Shown here: in pieces, positions 60,236 through 64,000 of the stretch
Layout of the letters: the number at the start of each line of letters is the position of its first letter
How positions within the stretch are numbered: the first letter of the stretch is position 1
Assembly (NCBI GenBank): GCA_037444405.1
Contig: JBBIML010000007.1
Coordinates: 96,001 to 160,000, forward strand
From: Armatimonadota bacterium
GTDB lineage: Bacteria; Armatimonadota; Fimbriimonadia; Fimbriimonadales; GBS-DC
Reading direction: 5' to 3'
Length of the DNA: 64,000 nucleotides
Position numbers and translations under genes: made by a program
Notes under the pieces: model-generated
The model's database searches: none
What the model saw: the letters and a program-made list of their open reading frames with translations, nothing else
Told to the model about the DNA's origin: nothing

Positions 60236-61216
60236 TCAGAGTCGCACCACTTTGCCCGTGCGTGCCGATTCGATGGCGGCGAGCGTGAGCCGAACTGCCT
60301 CGAAGCCGTCCTCGACGCTGATCTCGGGCGGATTGCCCGTGCGGTAGCAATCGATGAAGTGGCGCAGCTCCAGATAGTAGGGGTTCTGCACGGCGGGGCT
60401 TTCGGGCACCTCCACGCCGCCCGCCTGACCACCCTCGACGCGGCGTGCCACCCGCAGGGCGACCATCTGCGCCGAGTCGTACTCGACCATGCCCGCATCG
60501 CCGCAGATTTCGAAGCTCACCCGAAAGCCGCTCGGATCGCACCATGTGCCTTCGATATGCGCGATCGCGCCGCTGCGCAGGCGCATCGTCACCAGCGTGT
60601 AGTCCAGATGGGGCAGATTGCGGAAGGTGAGCGATCGGGCATAGACGCGCTCCACCTCGCCCAGCGTCCAGCGCACCCAGTCGAGGTCGTGGATAATCAA
60701 ATCCATAATGATGCCGCCGCTCTTGTCGAAGTCGGCGTACCAGTCGCTTTTGGTGAGCGGGAAGTCGCCTCCGCGTCGCATGCGCACGGCGGCGATTGTG
60801 CCCAGCGCGCCCGCTTTCACCATCTGGTGCGCGGTGCGGTATTCAGGGAAGAATCGCAACACATGGGCGGGCATAAAGAGCGTGTTGTGCTGGCGCACGG
60901 CTTCCACGATGCGCTCGCACTCCTGCAGGGTGCGGGCGAGCGGCTTCTCGCACACCACCGCCTTGCCCGCCTCAATCGCCGCCAGGGCATGCTCAGCGTG
61001 CCGGTAGGTGGGCGTGCAGATGTCCACGATCTCACAGCCCTGCAAAAACTCGTCTATGTTGCGAGCCATCGTTGCGCCGAACTCCTGGGCGAACGCCTCC
61101 GCGCGTTCGAGGTGATGGTCATACACCACGCTGATCTGCACATCGTCCATCTGCTGATAGGCTTCCGCGTGCTGGCGCCCCATCGTGCCCAGCCCGATAA
61201 TGCCGACCCTGACCAT
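60236..61216 (-). CDS. Gfo/Idh/MocA oxidoreductase
   Basis: 'VGIIGLGTMG', 'GKAVVCEKP', 'SGGIIMDLIIHDLD'; start ATG 61216. Confidence 0.9.
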   Translation of the reverse strand: MVRVGIIGLGTMGRQHAEAYQQMDDVQISVVYDHHLERAEAFAQEFGATMARNIDEFLQGCEIVDICTPTYRHAEHALAAIEAGKAVVCEKPLARTLQECERIVEAVRQHNTLFMPAHVLRFFPEYRTAHQMVKAGALGTIAAVRMRRGGDFPLTKSDWYADFDKSGGIIMDLIIHDLDWVRWTLGEVERVYARSLTFRNLPHLDYTLVTMRLRSGAIAHIEGTWCDPSGFRVSFEICGDAGMVEYDSAQMVALRVARRVEGGQAGGVEVPESPAVQNPYYLELRHFIDCYRTGNPPEISVEDGFEAVRLTLAAIESARTGKVVRL

Positions 61217-61323
61217 AGCCAGATTGTACCCAGCCAGCGCCGTCTCTGGTCTCCGATTCGGTAATTCGGCTGGTAAAGGCGATGGTCGACTGTGGAATAG
61301 AGAACCGTAGGGAGGGACAAACG

Positions 61324-62058
61324 ATGACAAGCAAGCTGATAGCCTTCTGGCTGGTTAGCGCTGCACTTTTGCAAGGCGCTTTTTCTGCTGGCACAGCGAC
61401 GGGCGTCGTTGGGGATGGACAGGGTGGCTCGACGGAACCTGTTGCTGTGGGCACGCCCATCGACTTCCAGTTCAGCGTCGTTAACGGCGCATCCACTGTT
61501 CAGTTTGAGGTGTACGATTCGCATGGTAACCGCGTCTATTACACCAGTCCGATGCCTGTGTCCGCCGATGGCAGCGTTTCATGGTCGTGGTCACCGCCCT
61601 TTGCTGATACCTTTACCGTGTGGGCGGTCAGCGACGGCTCGGACCGCCAGCAGGTGATGATTGTCACGGCATATCAGCCTGACGCCTCGGGCTTCATCAC
61701 AGGGGGCGGCTGGCTGGAGTTAGGAGGCGAGCGACAAACCTTCGGCTTCGTGGCGCAGGTTCAGCGCAACGGCAGTCTGCGTGGCAGCCTCGAATATCAG
61801 GACCACGGCTGGCAACTCAACCTGAAGTCGTTCGTCATCGACTGGGTCTATGTGCCTAACCCCAGCGAGGGCTACTTCAGTGGGCGGGCGACTCTGAACG
61901 GCAGTGGCGACTATCGCTTCTGGGTCGCCCTCTGGGATGGGGGCACGCCCGGCACCAGCGACATGTTCATGCTCTGGGTCTATGACGACGCGAACAACCT
62001 CGTCTATAGCGCGTGGGGCACACTGGCAGGCGGCAACCTGATGGTGCATACTCGCTGA
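61324..62058 (+). CDS. Exported protein with Ig-like domain and post-COAP-1-like C-terminal domain
   Basis: Signal peptide; 'ITGGGW...TFGFVAQ', 'D.G.PG..D.F', 'LAGGNLMVH'; RBS GGAGG. Confidence 0.7.
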   Translation: MTSKLIAFWLVSAALLQGAFSAGTATGVVGDGQGGSTEPVAVGTPIDFQFSVVNGASTVQFEVYDSHGNRVYYTSPMPVSADGSVSWSWSPPFADTFTVWAVSDGSDRQQVMIVTAYQPDASGFITGGGWLELGGERQTFGFVAQVQRNGSLRGSLEYQDHGWQLNLKSFVIDWVYVPNPSEGYFSGRATLNGSGDYRFWVALWDGGTPGTSDMFMLWVYDDANNLVYSAWGTLAGGNLMVHTR

Positions 62059-62068
62059 TAGAAAGAGA

Positions 62069-62116
62069 CCCTCCCCCTTCTGATGGAAGGGGGAGGGTGG
62101 GGAGTGGGGGTAGGGG
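62069..62116. repeat. CCCTCCCCC/GGGGGAGGG palindrome between convergent genes
   Basis: CCCTCCCCCTTC-tgatg-GAAGGGGGAGGG, 12-bp stem plus G-rich tail; same family as 16826. Confidence 0.7.
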
Positions 62117-62123
62117 AAAAGCC

Positions 62124-63059
62124 TCAGGCGCGGCGACGGCGCAGGGCGAGCAGCCCCATCAGACCCGTGCCCAGCGCGATCAGCGAGGCTGGCTCCGGCA
62201 CCACCACATAGAAGAACTGGTCGCCAGCGATGTTGCCGAAGTTCACATTGCGCGGCTCACCCAGATTACCGCCGCCGCCAATGCCCGCCAGCACCTGATT
62301 GGACACAAAGTCGTGCCCCGCGCCGTTAATAAAGGCGCTAACCTTGATGGTAGTGGCACCCGTGATGCCAATCGCGCCGAAGGGAATTGCCAGCTCCACG
62401 CCGGTGGTCACCAGCGAGCCGTCCCCTGACGCCAGCCCCGAACCGCCTTCAACACCCCCTGTGTTGCTGTTGTTGATGGTGACGCGAATGCCGTAGGGAT
62501 TGGTGCCGCCGCTGAGCGTTCCATCCGAAGCCGCACCTGTTGTGCCCAGATAATAGCCAGGACCGCCGCCACCAGTCAGCAGTTGCGCCCAGTTAGCATA
62601 GAGCGCGTAGGGTGAACCGCCGCCGGTGACGCCAATCCAGTAGTCCGCTTCGAATCCCGAGTCGAAGGTCAGCCCGTTGCCGCTGCCATCATCGCCCATG
62701 CGGTTCAGACCGTTGAAGTCCACACCCGAGTTGTCCCCGCGCAGGCGATTCTGCCCACCCGCAACCGTGTCGAAGAAGATTTCCAGCTTGTTGAAGTTCG
62801 ATTCCAGGTTGCCCGCGAGGAACAGGTACAGCACCTGCCCGGTCATGTCCACATAGGCGTAGGCGGCGTCCAGCTCGGAGCCGTTCGCGTAGTCCACCTG
62901 TCCGAGATTGCTATCGCCAAAGCCCGTCTGCGTGTCCTGCACCACAATCGCGCTGCCGTACAGCGCGTCGCGAGTGCCATCAATGGTCGGTTGCGCAAAG
63001 CCAGCAACGCTCAGCGTTGCCAGCCCGATTACCGCGCTCCATTTCACCAGCCGCATCAT
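62124..63059 (-). CDS. PEP-CTERM sorting-domain surface protein
   Basis: Signal peptide; C-terminal 'VPEPASLIALGTGLMGLLALRRRRA'. Confidence 0.92.
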   Translation of the reverse strand: MMRLVKWSAVIGLATLSVAGFAQPTIDGTRDALYGSAIVVQDTQTGFGDSNLGQVDYANGSELDAAYAYVDMTGQVLYLFLAGNLESNFNKLEIFFDTVAGGQNRLRGDNSGVDFNGLNRMGDDGSGNGLTFDSGFEADYWIGVTGGGSPYALYANWAQLLTGGGGPGYYLGTTGAASDGTLSGGTNPYGIRVTINNSNTGGVEGGSGLASGDGSLVTTGVELAIPFGAIGITGATTIKVSAFINGAGHDFVSNQVLAGIGGGGNLGEPRNVNFGNIAGDQFFYVVVPEPASLIALGTGLMGLLALRRRRA

Positions 63060-63214
63060 CTTTTCATCCTCCTGTTGCCTTGCATAATCGGTGGGGGAGC
63101 GAGACCACTCGTCCCCAGCGGGCGAGAATTCGTATTCTCGCCAGATCCCCCACAGGCGTGGGGGATAAACAGGGCGAAAGAGAGACATTCAGCAGCGCAG
63201 CGATCCTCACCTCT

Positions 63215-63243
63215 ATTATAGCACATCTCGACGCGAAATGCAA
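63215..63243 (-). promoter_or_regulatory. sigma70 promoter for the PEP-CTERM gene
   Basis: TTGCAT-N17-TATAAT with extended TG. Confidence 0.8.
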
Positions 63244-63306
63244 GGGGTTGGCAAAATCAGGTATTTTTGCGGGGTGCTGTAGCACGGGCATCCTGCCCGA
63301 ATCTGG

Positions 63307-63750
63307 CTAATCCTGCCGTGTGAGCAGGGAATGCAGCGCCTCCAGCGCAAGGATGTAGCTGCGTGCGCCGAAGCCGCTGATCTGTCCCACACACGCGGGT
63401 GCAATCACCGAATGGCGGCGGAACTCCTCGCGAGCATAGATGTTGGTCAGATGCACTTCAACGGTGGGTATCTGCACAGAAGCGATGGCGTCGCGCAGGG
63501 CGTAGCTGGTGTGGGTCAGCGCGCCCGCATTGATGATGACCCCATGCACGCGCTCCCGCGCCTGATGAAGAGCGTCGATCAGCACGCCCTCGTGGTTGGA
63601 CTGCACATGCTCAATCTCCATCTGGAGCGTGGCGGCGTGCTGGCGCAGTTGGTCAACAATCTGCTCCAGCGTCGCGGTGCCATAGAGATGCGGCTCCCGC
63701 TCGCCCAACAGATTGAGATTCGGACCGTTCAGCACCAGCACGCGCCACAT
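63307..63750 (-). CDS. aroQ: Type II 3-dehydroquinate dehydratase
   Basis: '[16 protein letters not shown]', 'QSNHEG', '[10 protein letters not shown]', '[14 protein letters not shown]'. Confidence 0.96.
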   Translation of the reverse strand: MWRVLVLNGPNLNLLGEREPHLYGTATLEQIVDQLRQHAATLQMEIEHVQSNHEGVLIDALHQARERVHGVIINAGALTHTSYALRDAIASVQIPTVEVHLTNIYAREEFRRHSVIAPACVGQISGFGARSYILALEALHSLLTRQD

Positions 63751-63755
63751 GGTTC

Positions 63756-64000
63756 TCAGCGGATGTATTTATCGGGGTCTTTGAGCGCTTTGGAGCGGCA
63801 GTTGGTACAGCAGAAGTAGACCTTGCGCCCTTTGATTTCCGCCCAGATGTCCTTGTTCACGGGTTCGCCGCTGACGGGGCAGGTGTTGATGCCGTCGCCC
63901 TTACCCAGGAACTCCTTCTGTGGGGCGGGTTGGGGCTGTGGGGCAGGCTGCGCTGGCGCAGGGGTCGGCTGTTGTTGCTGCATCCGCTGCTGCTCGTCGG
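63756..64000 (-). CDS. YHS-domain protein, C-terminal part (5' end outside window)
   Basis: 'CPVSGEPV...KVYFCCTNC...DPDKY' after a Gln/Pro linker. Confidence 0.75.
   Translation of the reverse strand, partial: DEQQRMQQQQPTPAPAQPAPQPQPAPQKEFLGKGDGINTCPVSGEPVNKDIWAEIKGRKVYFCCTNCRSKALKDPDKYIR

Overview
GC-rich bacterial chromosomal window. It is inferred to come from Armatimonadota, based on C-terminal 'GDxNxDGCVDDADLLxVLFxFG' dockerin-like tails, prepilin/H-X9-DG proteins, a PEP-CTERM protein and kdsA/LptD-like envelope genes. Most of it is housekeeping: fliR end, trpF, acyP, frameshifted prfB, trxA, speE, rpsF-ssb-rpsR, polX, alr, biotin carboxylase, lpd, ugd, trmFO, pfk, gyrB, kdsA, aroQ and tRNA-Leu(UAA). 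I saw no CRISPR array, transposase or integrase. The strongest candidate for an undescribed system is at 35941-39371: tandem sigmaH-like promoters, a conserved hypothetical cytoplasmic protein, an easily missed 45-aa secreted peptide with a strong RBS, a multi-TM HD-GYP phosphodiesterase with intact motifs and a single-TM degenerate HD-GYP partner. This looks like a peptide-sensing cyclic-dinucleotide module. Other notable items: a 5'-truncated uvrA with its own -10 box; an MNT/HAF-repeat chimeric pseudogene; a REP-like palindrome translated inside an LptD-like gene; REPs that supply stop codons; an AT-richer LuxR/exported protein/pilin-like/lnt islet; two candidate structured RNAs; and a recurrent leaderless-gene signature. 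All functional calls come from motif recognition by eye; no searches were run.
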